DNA from: Micavibrio sp. UBA2638
GTDB lineage: Bacteria > Pseudomonadota > Alphaproteobacteria > Micavibrionales > Micavibrionaceae
Length of the DNA stretch: 64,000 bases
Assembly (NCBI GenBank): GCA_002359735.1
Contig: DENS01000018.1
Location: 52,819-116,818 of the forward strand
Direction: 5' to 3'
Below are positions 17,547 through 25,270 of this stretch, one piece after another. A program made the translations under genes and the position numbers. Positions within the stretch are counted from its first letter, which is position 1, and each line of letters opens with the position of its first letter. The notes beneath the pieces are model-generated. The model worked only from the letters and a program-made list of their open reading frames with translations. It was not told the DNA's origin and did no database searches.

Positions 17547-19598
17547 ATGGGGTCCCCCATAGACTTTGCATCACCTTGGATGCTGGCCACTCTACCGCCT
17601 GCGTTATTGATTGGCTTTATGTTGATGCGTTCGATTGAACGTAGGCCAAAAGAGGTGAGTTTCCCAGCCATGTTTATTCTGGAAATGCTCGATGATACTG
17701 AGCGTGATCCGGATCGCATGCCCTGGTGGCAGCAAATGATTAATTATGGCGCTATCAGTGCCGCGGTTATGGGGGCGGCTGGGCCAACATGGAATGCCCC
17801 TGACACGTTTTCGGCTGAAGGGCCGGTGATATTAGCGGTTGATAACGGCTGGGATTCTTCTGACAATTGGGACGATGTCATGCAAAAAGCCCGTGATGTG
17901 GTTAAGCAGGCCTATAATGAAAAGCGTGAGATTATTTTGGTTCAGATGGCGGCTCCTGAAAATGCGCAAGGATATTCGATTTCTTCCCCAATGGATGCTT
18001 TAATCGCGCTTCAGTCACTGGAAAACGTTGAGCCTATGCCCTGGATGGTCGATTATACGGCGCTGAGTGAGGGCGTGAATGCAATGGAGAATGGGCAATA
18101 TGGCGGGGCGTTTTGGCTGGGCAGTGGTTTGGCGCATGATGGAGTGCAAGAATTTGTAGCAGAACTACAGAGCAAGGCCCCGTTATATTATTTTGAAAAT
18201 GACAGTGAATCCCTTCCCGTAGTATTGGATGGAGCCGAATTTGATAAGGGGGATTACCGCCTGAGCATTCAGCGTCCGTATGATAGCGATGCATTGGATA
18301 TTCGCGTTGCCGGTTATGCTCAGGACGGTACTATGCTGGCCGCATATGATTATCATTTTTCCGAAGGGCAGCGTAAAATTGATGTGCAGTTTGATGTGCC
18401 TGAATTATCCAGTTCCCAATCGATTTCCAGTGAAATTTTTCGTTTCAGTGTAGAGGGGGAAAAGAATGCCGCCGCACATATCATAGTGGATGATCAATGG
18501 AAACCGCGTTCGGTTGGTCTTGTTGTGCAAAATAGAGCGGAATCAGAATCGTTGCTTAGTGAATCACGTTTTATTAAAACGGCTTTGGCGTCGCATGCGG
18601 AAACAATTTTAGGCGGTGTTGAGGAATTGGTTGAGAGCGGAGATGTCTCGGTTCTGGTTGTACCGGATGCTGTTACTATTTCGGGCGTCGCTGCCACCAA
18701 GATTAAAGATTGGGTCGAACAGGGCGGTACCTTAGTAAGGTTTGCTGGACCGAATATGGCAAGGGATGCGCACACAAATGATCCGTTATTACCATTGGAT
18801 TTGCGTCAGGGCGTTCGGGGGTTTTCGCGGGATGTTTCGGGGATGGCTGCCGCTGGTGTAAAGGGGCGTATCGGCGGGTTTGACGATCAATCACCATTGC
18901 GCGGTATTGCGCGCGATAGTGATATACAGATTGAGAAACAAGTTATGGTGCAGCCGGGGCCTGATGTTGAAGATAAAGTCTGGGCGACACTGGATGATGG
19001 TACGCCGTTGATAAGTGCCGATAAGCGCGGGGAAGGGCAGGTGGTGTTGTTCCATACCACGGCTAACACGGCTTGGGGCGATTTATCATTATCAGATAAT
19101 TTTGTTGATATGTTGGTCGGTATTGTCGCCTCAGCAAAAAGTATTCAAAATGAGGATGACCTGGATATATCAGACATGTCCCCGATGTTAACAATGGACG
19201 GGTTCGGGGTGCTGGGCACTCCCCCTGGATATGCCCAGAACTTGCAATCATTGCCATGCGAAGTATCCAGTGTAAATCCGCCAGGCCTATATGGTGGTTC
19301 CCTTTCCGCGCTTGCGTGCAATTTATCAACTTCTTTAGATGATTTGCAGATAACCGGTGATCTTGATGATAATGTCCAGCGCGAATTTTATGCGGTGGCG
19401 AATGATGGTTATGATCTGAAAGGGGCGGCATGGAGTGCTTTCCTTATCTTGATGTTGGCCAGTACGGCCGTTCTGATGTCGCAGCAGGGAGAGTTCAGTC
19501 GTAAGTCCGGGCGCCGTAATGCGAAAAATAATAAGGCCGGAGGTGATGATAAGCCGGTACATGAAGCGTTTCTTGATAACCCGGAACCGGATATTTAG
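17547..19598 (+). CDS. BatA_N / N-terminal double-transmembrane-domain protein (TIGR02226-like)
   Basis: MGSPIDFASPWMLATLPPALLIGFMLMRSIERRPKEVSFPAMFIL fits the aerotolerance-regulator N-terminal domain. A later GATase-like segment (VSVLVVPDAVTISGVAATKIKDWVEQGGTLVRFAGP) and a C-terminal TM follow. The ORF is open from a TTG at 17409, so the start is uncertain (ATG 17502 is also possible). Confidence 0.7.
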   Translation: MGSPIDFASPWMLATLPPALLIGFMLMRSIERRPKEVSFPAMFILEMLDDTERDPDRMPWWQQMINYGAISAAVMGAAGPTWNAPDTFSAEGPVILAVDNGWDSSDNWDDVMQKARDVVKQAYNEKREIILVQMAAPENAQGYSISSPMDALIALQSLENVEPMPWMVDYTALSEGVNAMENGQYGGAFWLGSGLAHDGVQEFVAELQSKAPLYYFENDSESLPVVLDGAEFDKGDYRLSIQRPYDSDALDIRVAGYAQDGTMLAAYDYHFSEGQRKIDVQFDVPELSSSQSISSEIFRFSVEGEKNAAAHIIVDDQWKPRSVGLVVQNRAESESLLSESRFIKTALASHAETILGGVEELVESGDVSVLVVPDAVTISGVAATKIKDWVEQGGTLVRFAGPNMARDAHTNDPLLPLDLRQGVRGFSRDVSGMAAAGVKGRIGGFDDQSPLRGIARDSDIQIEKQVMVQPGPDVEDKVWATLDDGTPLISADKRGEGQVVLFHTTANTAWGDLSLSDNFVDMLVGIVASAKSIQNEDDLDISDMSPMLTMDGFGVLGTPPGYAQNLQSLPCEVSSVNPPGLYGGSLSALACNLSTSLDDLQITGDLDDNVQREFYAVANDGYDLKGAAWSAFLILMLASTAVLMSQQGEFSRKSGRRNAKNNKAGGDDKPVHEAFLDNPEPDI

Positions 19599-19606
19599 AG
19601 GATAGT

Positions 19607-20551
19607 ATGGCAGAAGCAAAGAATGTAGATAATTTGGATACGGTTCTTTCCAGGGCTGATCATACTTACTCTAAACTCCCTCAGCGCTTGCGTCTTCAGG
19701 TAGAGGAACTTGTCAGAGGGTTGGCGCAATATGGTCCGCGTAAATTGAATCGGAAGGGCGCCGGTATGGAATTTATTGAAGCCCGTGATTTTCACCCTGA
19801 TAAAGATGAGGTTAAAGATATTAACTGGCGTATGAGTGCGCGCGCTGGAAAAAATATTGTTGTCGAAAAAGAGGCCGAAGTTCGTCAGCATTTTTATCTA
19901 TGGCGCAAGGGAGGGGGAAGCGCCAATTATTCATCGAATCCAAAGGTCCTGCCAACAGTTAAGGAGGCAACGGAGGTTATGCTTCTTGCCTTTGCCAAAC
20001 ATTTGGCGCGCAACGATGAATTGATAGGCGTAATGGATAGAAAGGGTACATATACCGGTGGCCGTGTTCCGGGTAATGTGGCGCACCATCTACAAGATGT
20101 AAATATTTTAACTGGTGATGTGCCCAATTTATATCGTAAATTGCCCAAAAACAGTACTGTCGTTTTGTTCAGCGACTTTTTGGAAGATGATCCATCATCG
20201 TTGGTTGATGCGCTTGATAATCTTCAAGGCCAAGGGTTGCGAGGTTTCATGGTGATGACCTTAGACCCTGAAGTTTTGGAGTTTAAGAAACATAAGGGGC
20301 ATTTGGAATTTCAGGATATGCGCAACGGCGGCATAACAAAAGAATTCAGTAAGGCTGAATCGCTGCAAAATGAATATGTGCACCGTATTGGTCAATATGT
20401 GAACTGGGTACAAAAATTGGCGCGAAATGCTGGTTACAAGTTTATACTTCAGCGTACGGATCAACCATTAAGTAATGCATTATTACAGATATACGGTTTA
20501 AAGAAAATGTCGCGGGATCACTCGCCAGAGCATAGATTGGATCAGGGATGA
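19607..20551 (+). CDS. DUF58 domain protein (vWA-like partner of MoxR)
   Basis: 314 aa. The DUF58 hallmark is GAGMEFIEARDFHPDKDEVKDINWRMSARAGKNIVVEKE. A GAGGA RBS lies upstream of the ATG. Confidence 0.85.
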   Translation: MAEAKNVDNLDTVLSRADHTYSKLPQRLRLQVEELVRGLAQYGPRKLNRKGAGMEFIEARDFHPDKDEVKDINWRMSARAGKNIVVEKEAEVRQHFYLWRKGGGSANYSSNPKVLPTVKEATEVMLLAFAKHLARNDELIGVMDRKGTYTGGRVPGNVAHHLQDVNILTGDVPNLYRKLPKNSTVVLFSDFLEDDPSSLVDALDNLQGQGLRGFMVMTLDPEVLEFKKHKGHLEFQDMRNGGITKEFSKAESLQNEYVHRIGQYVNWVQKLARNAGYKFILQRTDQPLSNALLQIYGLKKMSRDHSPEHRLDQG

Positions 20552-22167
20552 GTATATTAATGCGAACAAAATTTCGATCGGCGAGTATGGGGGCCTTTAT
20601 GCTGGGAAGTGTTTTTCTGGCGGGCAATGCGACTGCGCAAGATACTGATGTGTCTGATAAAATTTCCGGGCCGGAAACTAGGCAGGATGAGCCAGTTATT
20701 CGGATGACCTTGCCAAATTTGACCAATCATCCTTTGGCCGGCGGCATCGTATTGCAACGATTATGTGCGACAGATGGTCTTGATGAAAAAAAATGTGATG
20801 ATGTAGAGGTCTTTATTGAACCGCCAGCGTTGGAAAATCCATTGGGGCAGGTAATTCATGCCTTCAGACGGGAATTGGCGGTGGATGATTTAGACGCCGC
20901 GCCGAGGGTGGCTGACGATCTGCAAACCTTTATTAATGAACGCGGCGGGGAATTTGATAACCCGCAATCGTTGACGCGTTTGATTGAAATTCAGCAAGAT
21001 CTGGATCAGGGAATTAAAGCGCAGGATTTGGATATTCTTGATCAGGTCGTGCAGGATTTCTGGACGCTGATTGTGCAATTGGAAGAAGATATGCTGAGCG
21101 AGGCTGAAAAGGCGTTACGCGATGCGCAAGAGGCATTGAAAAAGGCTCTGGAAGAGGGCGTTAGTGAAGAGGAGTTGAAAGAGCTGCGTGAACAGGCGGA
21201 ACAAGCCATGCAGGACTTTATGGAGGAGCAGCTGCAAAAAGCTGAAGAAAATCAACTCAGCCCGGAAGATAAGGCGGCCTTGGAAGATATGCAGAAAATG
21301 ATGGAAGAACTGCAAAAAATGATGGAAAAAATGGGCCTGAGCCAAGAAGAAATGGCCAAGTTGATGCAGGAAATGATGCAGCAAGCCCAGCAAAGCCAGC
21401 AGAACCAGCAGGGGCAATCGCAAAGTGGCGAGCAGCAGGAGATGGACTATCAGAAAATGTTAGAGCAGATGCAGCAAAAAATGCAGCAGATGCAGCAGAT
21501 GCAGCAGAATATGAATGACCTAAAAGACATTATGGAGGATCAGAAAAATCTGCGTGAAGAAACATTCAATGAAGCCCTGCAAGATAATAAGGATCAGCAG
21601 CAAAACCAAAATCAACAACAGCAACAGCAAGATCAACAGCAACAGCAACAAAGTCAGTCGCAGCAAAATCAAGATAGACTGTCGCAAAAACAAGAGGAAA
21701 TCGCCAAAAAGTTGGAAGAGTTGTTGAAAAAGATGCAGCAGCAAAACCAGGATCCCAGTGAGCTTGAAAAAGCCAGGGAAGCCATGCGGCGCGCGCTCGA
21801 GGATTTGAAGAACGGTGAGGAAGGGCAAGCTGTTCCCGATCAGGATGAGGCGCTGGAGTCTATGAATAATGCGCAAAAGCAAATGCAGAAGCAGATGATA
21901 CAGCAGATGATGCCGGGCGGGCCGGGCCCTAGCGGTACTGGCCCCGGTTCCATGCCGACAGCATTACCGCCGCGTGATGTTCCGGGGGTGGATAATGATG
22001 GCCGTATACGGGAATCTGGAAACCCGAATGATAATTTAAACATATCGCCGGGTGAAAGTGGACAAGAGCAAAAACGGGTCCGTGATCGTATCCGCCGTCA
22101 AATTGACAAAGGCGGCAGTGAGTATCTGGAACATCTTTTAAATGGCAGTGACGGCCCGGATCTATAG
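20548..22167 (+). CDS. C-terminal-half homologue of DUF4175/TIGR02302 (alphaproteobacterial Gln-rich low-complexity protein), here with its own signal peptide
   Basis: 539 aa. The ATGA start overlaps the DUF58 stop. The signal-like N-terminus is SMGAFMLGSVFLAGNATAQ. Blocks remembered from the C-terminal part of full-length DUF4175 proteins are present: LTNHPLAGG, FWTLIVQLEE, VSEEELKELREQAEQAMQDFMEE, a poly-Gln tract, and the terminal SEYLEHLL. Confidence 0.7.
   Translation: MSILMRTKFRSASMGAFMLGSVFLAGNATAQDTDVSDKISGPETRQDEPVIRMTLPNLTNHPLAGGIVLQRLCATDGLDEKKCDDVEVFIEPPALENPLGQVIHAFRRELAVDDLDAAPRVADDLQTFINERGGEFDNPQSLTRLIEIQQDLDQGIKAQDLDILDQVVQDFWTLIVQLEEDMLSEAEKALRDAQEALKKALEEGVSEEELKELREQAEQAMQDFMEEQLQKAEENQLSPEDKAALEDMQKMMEELQKMMEKMGLSQEEMAKLMQEMMQQAQQSQQNQQGQSQSGEQQEMDYQKMLEQMQQKMQQMQQMQQNMNDLKDIMEDQKNLREETFNEALQDNKDQQQNQNQQQQQQDQQQQQQSQSQQNQDRLSQKQEEIAKKLEELLKKMQQQNQDPSELEKAREAMRRALEDLKNGEEGQAVPDQDEALESMNNAQKQMQKQMIQQMMPGGPGPSGTGPGSMPTALPPRDVPGVDNDGRIRESGNPNDNLNISPGESGQEQKRVRDRIRRQIDKGGSEYLEHLLNGSDGPDL
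21375..21680 (+). repeat. Gln-rich low-complexity coding tract (CAG/CAA runs) including a perfect (ATGCAGCAG)x3
   Basis: It encodes QQAQQSQQNQQGQSQSGEQQ ... MQQMQQMQQ ... QQQNQNQQQQQQDQQQQQQSQSQQNQ. The 9-nt unit atgcagcag is repeated three times at 21481-21507. Confidence 0.9.
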
Positions 22168-22200
22168 GGCAGGTGTACAAAGGGGGCCATTGCGCGCATG

Positions 22201-22246
22201 TGGCACGGCTTTTTGCCTAAAATAATGGTCCGTGCCATGTTTTCTT
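22201..22246 (+). terminator. Possible terminator in the 100-nt gap between the convergent DUF4175 halves
   Basis: tggcacgg (22201-08) pairs with ccgtgcca (22230-37), followed by tgttttctt. The 21-nt loop is long, so this is tentative. Confidence 0.35.
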
Positions 22247-22267
22247 GGGTAATCTAAATGGAATTTA

Positions 22268-23422
22268 TTAAGGCTCAAGCGGAGCGAAGCTGATGGGGGC
22301 CTCAATAGGTGGAAGTTGCGCAGAGGGCAGTTTTGATGTTTTAAAGCTACCGTTTTCGCCTTGTATGCCCGTTTCTAATTGGGCGCTGGTAATGCCGTAA
22401 TCATCATCGAGTACATATTCCAAATCGTTTAGCGTCGGGTTATCGGCATCATTTTTAATGCCAAGAATGGTGACGGAGGGTGGGTTGTCCAGGGCAACTG
22501 AAAAATTCAGGTTATGCCCTTCAATATTAAGTGCGATAGTCTCATGTGATCCGTCAAATGAGATTGTGTATTGATATGCCAGGCTATCTGTCGTTGGGGG
22601 CGTGGCAGATTGCTTGTCATCGGGTTTTATGGCGCCGCCATTGAGTGTTATGCTTCCTGGGCGCTCTTGTGTCGTGATATAAAGGGTGCTGCCTTCATGT
22701 ACATCAAGAACTGACTGGTTTTCGATTGCGTGTTGTATCATGTCAGGAAGATATCCTTGCGCGCTATCGATGTTTTGTGGCGGTGTAATCCAAGCCTTAT
22801 ACATTAATGGCGGCGGCGGGGCCTGCCAATGTAAGGCTTCATTGAATTTGCTGAAAGCACCATCGCCATATAGCCCACCAGTGATGGCGGTTGCAACTAG
22901 AATAGATGTGTGGATGGCCGCTTTGGGTTTGTTGTCCTTATAGTATGCTCCAAAGCCTGATCCGAGTTTTTCGCTCTCAATCTTTTCTGCCCATTCTTTC
23001 CATATACGTTTTTGCGCGAGTTCAAAAATTTGTTGTGAAGGTTTGGAATCGCCTTTGCTGGGTTCATCGTCCAGTTTTTTTGCGGGGGTTTCTTGAGCCG
23101 CGATGTCGTCGTCAATAGCGCGGATCGCCTCTTTTCGGTTTGCGAATGGACGTTTGTCTGCGCGCACAAAGCTGTTGGTCAGGGAGTATGCGGTCGTTAG
23201 AAGGCTTGCTGCTCCTGCGGCCATGACGGCCATTTTTTGTCCTTGCGGAGGAAGGTGGTCCCAAAGGCCGATCAGAGCTGTGAATGCGCCGCCACTGACC
23301 AATGCGGGCGGCATAACCATGGGGACAATTTTTTCATTGATCATTGACCATTTACGGCGGCTAACCGCTTTGTTAAAGCGTCCTTTAATTTCGTTAATGC
23401 TCAAATCCTGTTGTTCATTCAT
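22268..23422 (-). CDS. N-terminal-half homologue of DUF4175/TIGR02302 (TM helices plus first periplasmic region)
   Basis: 384 aa with two or three TM segments (MVMPPALVSGGAFTALIGLW, MAVMAAGAASLLTTAYSL, ILVATAITGGLYG). WQAPPPPLMYKAWITPPQ, DNPPSVTILG and LDDDYGITSAQLE parallel remembered N-half blocks of DUF4175 proteins. Confidence 0.65.
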   Translation of the reverse strand: MNEQQDLSINEIKGRFNKAVSRRKWSMINEKIVPMVMPPALVSGGAFTALIGLWDHLPPQGQKMAVMAAGAASLLTTAYSLTNSFVRADKRPFANRKEAIRAIDDDIAAQETPAKKLDDEPSKGDSKPSQQIFELAQKRIWKEWAEKIESEKLGSGFGAYYKDNKPKAAIHTSILVATAITGGLYGDGAFSKFNEALHWQAPPPPLMYKAWITPPQNIDSAQGYLPDMIQHAIENQSVLDVHEGSTLYITTQERPGSITLNGGAIKPDDKQSATPPTTDSLAYQYTISFDGSHETIALNIEGHNLNFSVALDNPPSVTILGIKNDADNPTLNDLEYVLDDDYGITSAQLETGIQGENGSFKTSKLPSAQLPPIEAPISFAPLEP

Positions 23423-23432
23423 GCCGCTTACC

Positions 23433-24401
23433 TTATGCCCCCAATTCGGGTGATGGGTATTGTTTGTTTACGTTCCGCATTGCCGCGAATTGTCTGCACT
23501 GAAATTGCTGGCACTGATACGGGTCTTGTATATCCAGGCTGGCCGTTTGCATGATGACTTGCCGACGCATGGCCAAAAGAACCTCATCTTGATAGGCGGC
23601 CATACCGCCGGCATTGCCTCTGGTATTATTGATTTGTGTTTGGCGCTCGGTTGCAACTTCGTGCACAAAGCCGCCGGATAATGGGCGCCCATTTTTTTTG
23701 ATATAGGTATTCGGGGGTGTTATCAATGCGCGTTCGGCCCAGTAATTCAGATTGCCGTAATCTGTTTTTGTCGTTAATGCGTAAACCGTTGCTTCATGAT
23801 GTTCGGCTAGAATTTTATTCCATTCTCGCACTTTAACGGTGCTACTGGTCCCATCGGTCAATATGTTTAGGCTGTTATGCTCTGATTTCCAACGTGTTGC
23901 AAGATTTTGGAAACAATATCCTGCATTTTCCATGGCGCTGGCATGTTCCGTTCCGCCAGTACCTCTGCGTTGTATGTTCAGAATTTCTTGCGAGAAGCGT
24001 AAGAACTTTGTTCTGTCGTCATCTCTGAAATCGACCCAGGGAATGACAAGTTCCGAGCGATGGTCAAAATCGACAACGCATAATGCAATCGACTGCGGTC
24101 CGCCGGGGTAGAAGATGGATTCCCGGAAGTCATCTGATGCTATAGCGTTTGCCAGGGATTCAAGCTGAGCGCGGTATTCACCCGTTCTATCTTCAATGGA
24201 CCCGGAAATGTCGATGGCGCAAACGATGGCCATACCAATATCTTCGTTGCTGTTTGTTGCCAGTGTCGGGTGAAAATAGGTGGTTGTTGGAACCACTGTA
24301 GGAGGTTCTTCGTAGTAATTTGGTTGCCCAAATGCTCTGCTGCTTGCAAGCGTTAAAAGCCCCGCCCCAGCGCCAAGTAAAAATTGTCGTCTGTTAAGCA
24401 C
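23433..24401 (-). CDS. DUF1194-like vWA-fold protein with a twin-arginine signal
   Basis: 322 aa with a Tat motif (MLNRRQFLLGAGAGLLTLASSRAFG). A MIDAS-like segment reads AIVCAIDISGSIEDRTGEYRAQLESLANAI ... IALCVVDFDHRSELVIPW ... GGTEHASAM ... NILTDGTS. Its stop lies 10 nt before the start of 22268..23422. Confidence 0.7.
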   Translation of the reverse strand: MLNRRQFLLGAGAGLLTLASSRAFGQPNYYEEPPTVVPTTTYFHPTLATNSNEDIGMAIVCAIDISGSIEDRTGEYRAQLESLANAIASDDFRESIFYPGGPQSIALCVVDFDHRSELVIPWVDFRDDDRTKFLRFSQEILNIQRRGTGGTEHASAMENAGYCFQNLATRWKSEHNSLNILTDGTSSTVKVREWNKILAEHHEATVYALTTKTDYGNLNYWAERALITPPNTYIKKNGRPLSGGFVHEVATERQTQINNTRGNAGGMAAYQDEVLLAMRRQVIMQTASLDIQDPYQCQQFQCRQFAAMRNVNKQYPSPELGA

Positions 24402-24505
24402 GATGTTAGTCCCTGTTCATTGCCAGATTTTCATCTGTCATAATTATTTTTTAATAGATCGCACCTTAGAGACTTTTTTAAGGAAATACAATGATTTTTA
24501 TTTCC

Positions 24506-25126
24506 TTAATCATTGTTATTGCCGAGCCCTTGAAAAAAGATCTGCATGAGCCTATGTGCGTCTTTTTTCATTTTAAAACGATTTGGGTTTTCCAGATATT
24601 CATGCGCAATTCCTTTCATATAGCAATTGATGCTTAATGTTAAAAGTTTCGGATCGGCATTTGCCGGCAATGTGCCTTTTTTTTGTGCTTTTTCAAAATA
24701 GCGACAAAATGCTTTTTGTTTTTCTATCTTTTGCTGCGCGTGTTTGTCTTTAAATTCTTCCAAGTCCCCGGAATAATCGCATTTAATAAGAAATAATTTT
24801 ATGGCCTGTTGTTTTTGTATGTCGATCTCTAGATCTTGCAATAACTTAATGCAGAGTTGTTTAAGTTGATCCAGCGGGTTCGGGTGATCCTTTTCTAAAT
24901 CGTCCAATATGATTTCAAGCAAGGGCTGGTGGAGGTTTTCAAATAAAGTGTCAAAGATCTGTTTTTTATTACTGAAATGCCAATAAATGGCGCCCCTTGT
25001 TACATTTGCTGTCCGGGCTATATCTTCGAGGGTTGTTTTGGATACGCCTTTGTTGCAAAACATTTGCGTTGCGGCATTCAAGATATCTTGTCTCGTTTGT
25101 TCAGCGTCCTCTTTTGTGCGGCGCAT
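24506..25126 (-). CDS. TetR/AcrR-family transcriptional repressor
   Basis: 206 aa with an N-terminal HTH (TTLEDIARTANVTRGAIYWHFSNKKQIF). It is divergent from the RND efflux operon. Confidence 0.9.
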   Translation of the reverse strand: MRRTKEDAEQTRQDILNAATQMFCNKGVSKTTLEDIARTANVTRGAIYWHFSNKKQIFDTLFENLHQPLLEIILDDLEKDHPNPLDQLKQLCIKLLQDLEIDIQKQQAIKLFLIKCDYSGDLEEFKDKHAQQKIEKQKAFCRYFEKAQKKGTLPANADPKLLTLSINCYMKGIAHEYLENPNRFKMKKDAHRLMQIFFQGLGNNND

Positions 25127-25146
25127 AAATTTTTACTCTCGCTTGG

Positions 25147-25175
25147 TTGACAGCATACATACATAAATGTATGTT
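25147..25175 (+). promoter_or_regulatory. Sigma70-like promoter (TTGACA-17-TATGTT) overlapped by an 8-2-8 perfect palindrome, the likely TetR operator
   Basis: TTGACA at 25147-52 and TATGTT at 25170-75. The palindrome ACATACAT-AA-ATGTATGT spans 25157-25174. Confidence 0.5.
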
Positions 25176-25270
25176 TATACTATAGCGTTACATTATATGT
25201 TTGTCTAGTTTGTAGCTACAGTCATATTCGGCTGCTTTATTCGCAGGGGTCTATAAAAAAGGTATTGAAG

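Noticed and set aside
21115-21882. Minus-strand ORFs of 102 and 120 aa, very rich in Leu/His/Phe
   Set aside because: They are the antisense reading of the CAG/CAA poly-Gln tract (CTG/TTG = Leu). This is a compositional artefact with no RBS.
24480-24507. Hairpin AAGGAAATA-N10-TATTTCCTT at the TetR gene 3' end as a terminator
   Set aside because: On the transcribed (minus) strand it is followed by an A-run, not a U-run. It overlaps the stop codon, and the stem is AT-rich and weak.
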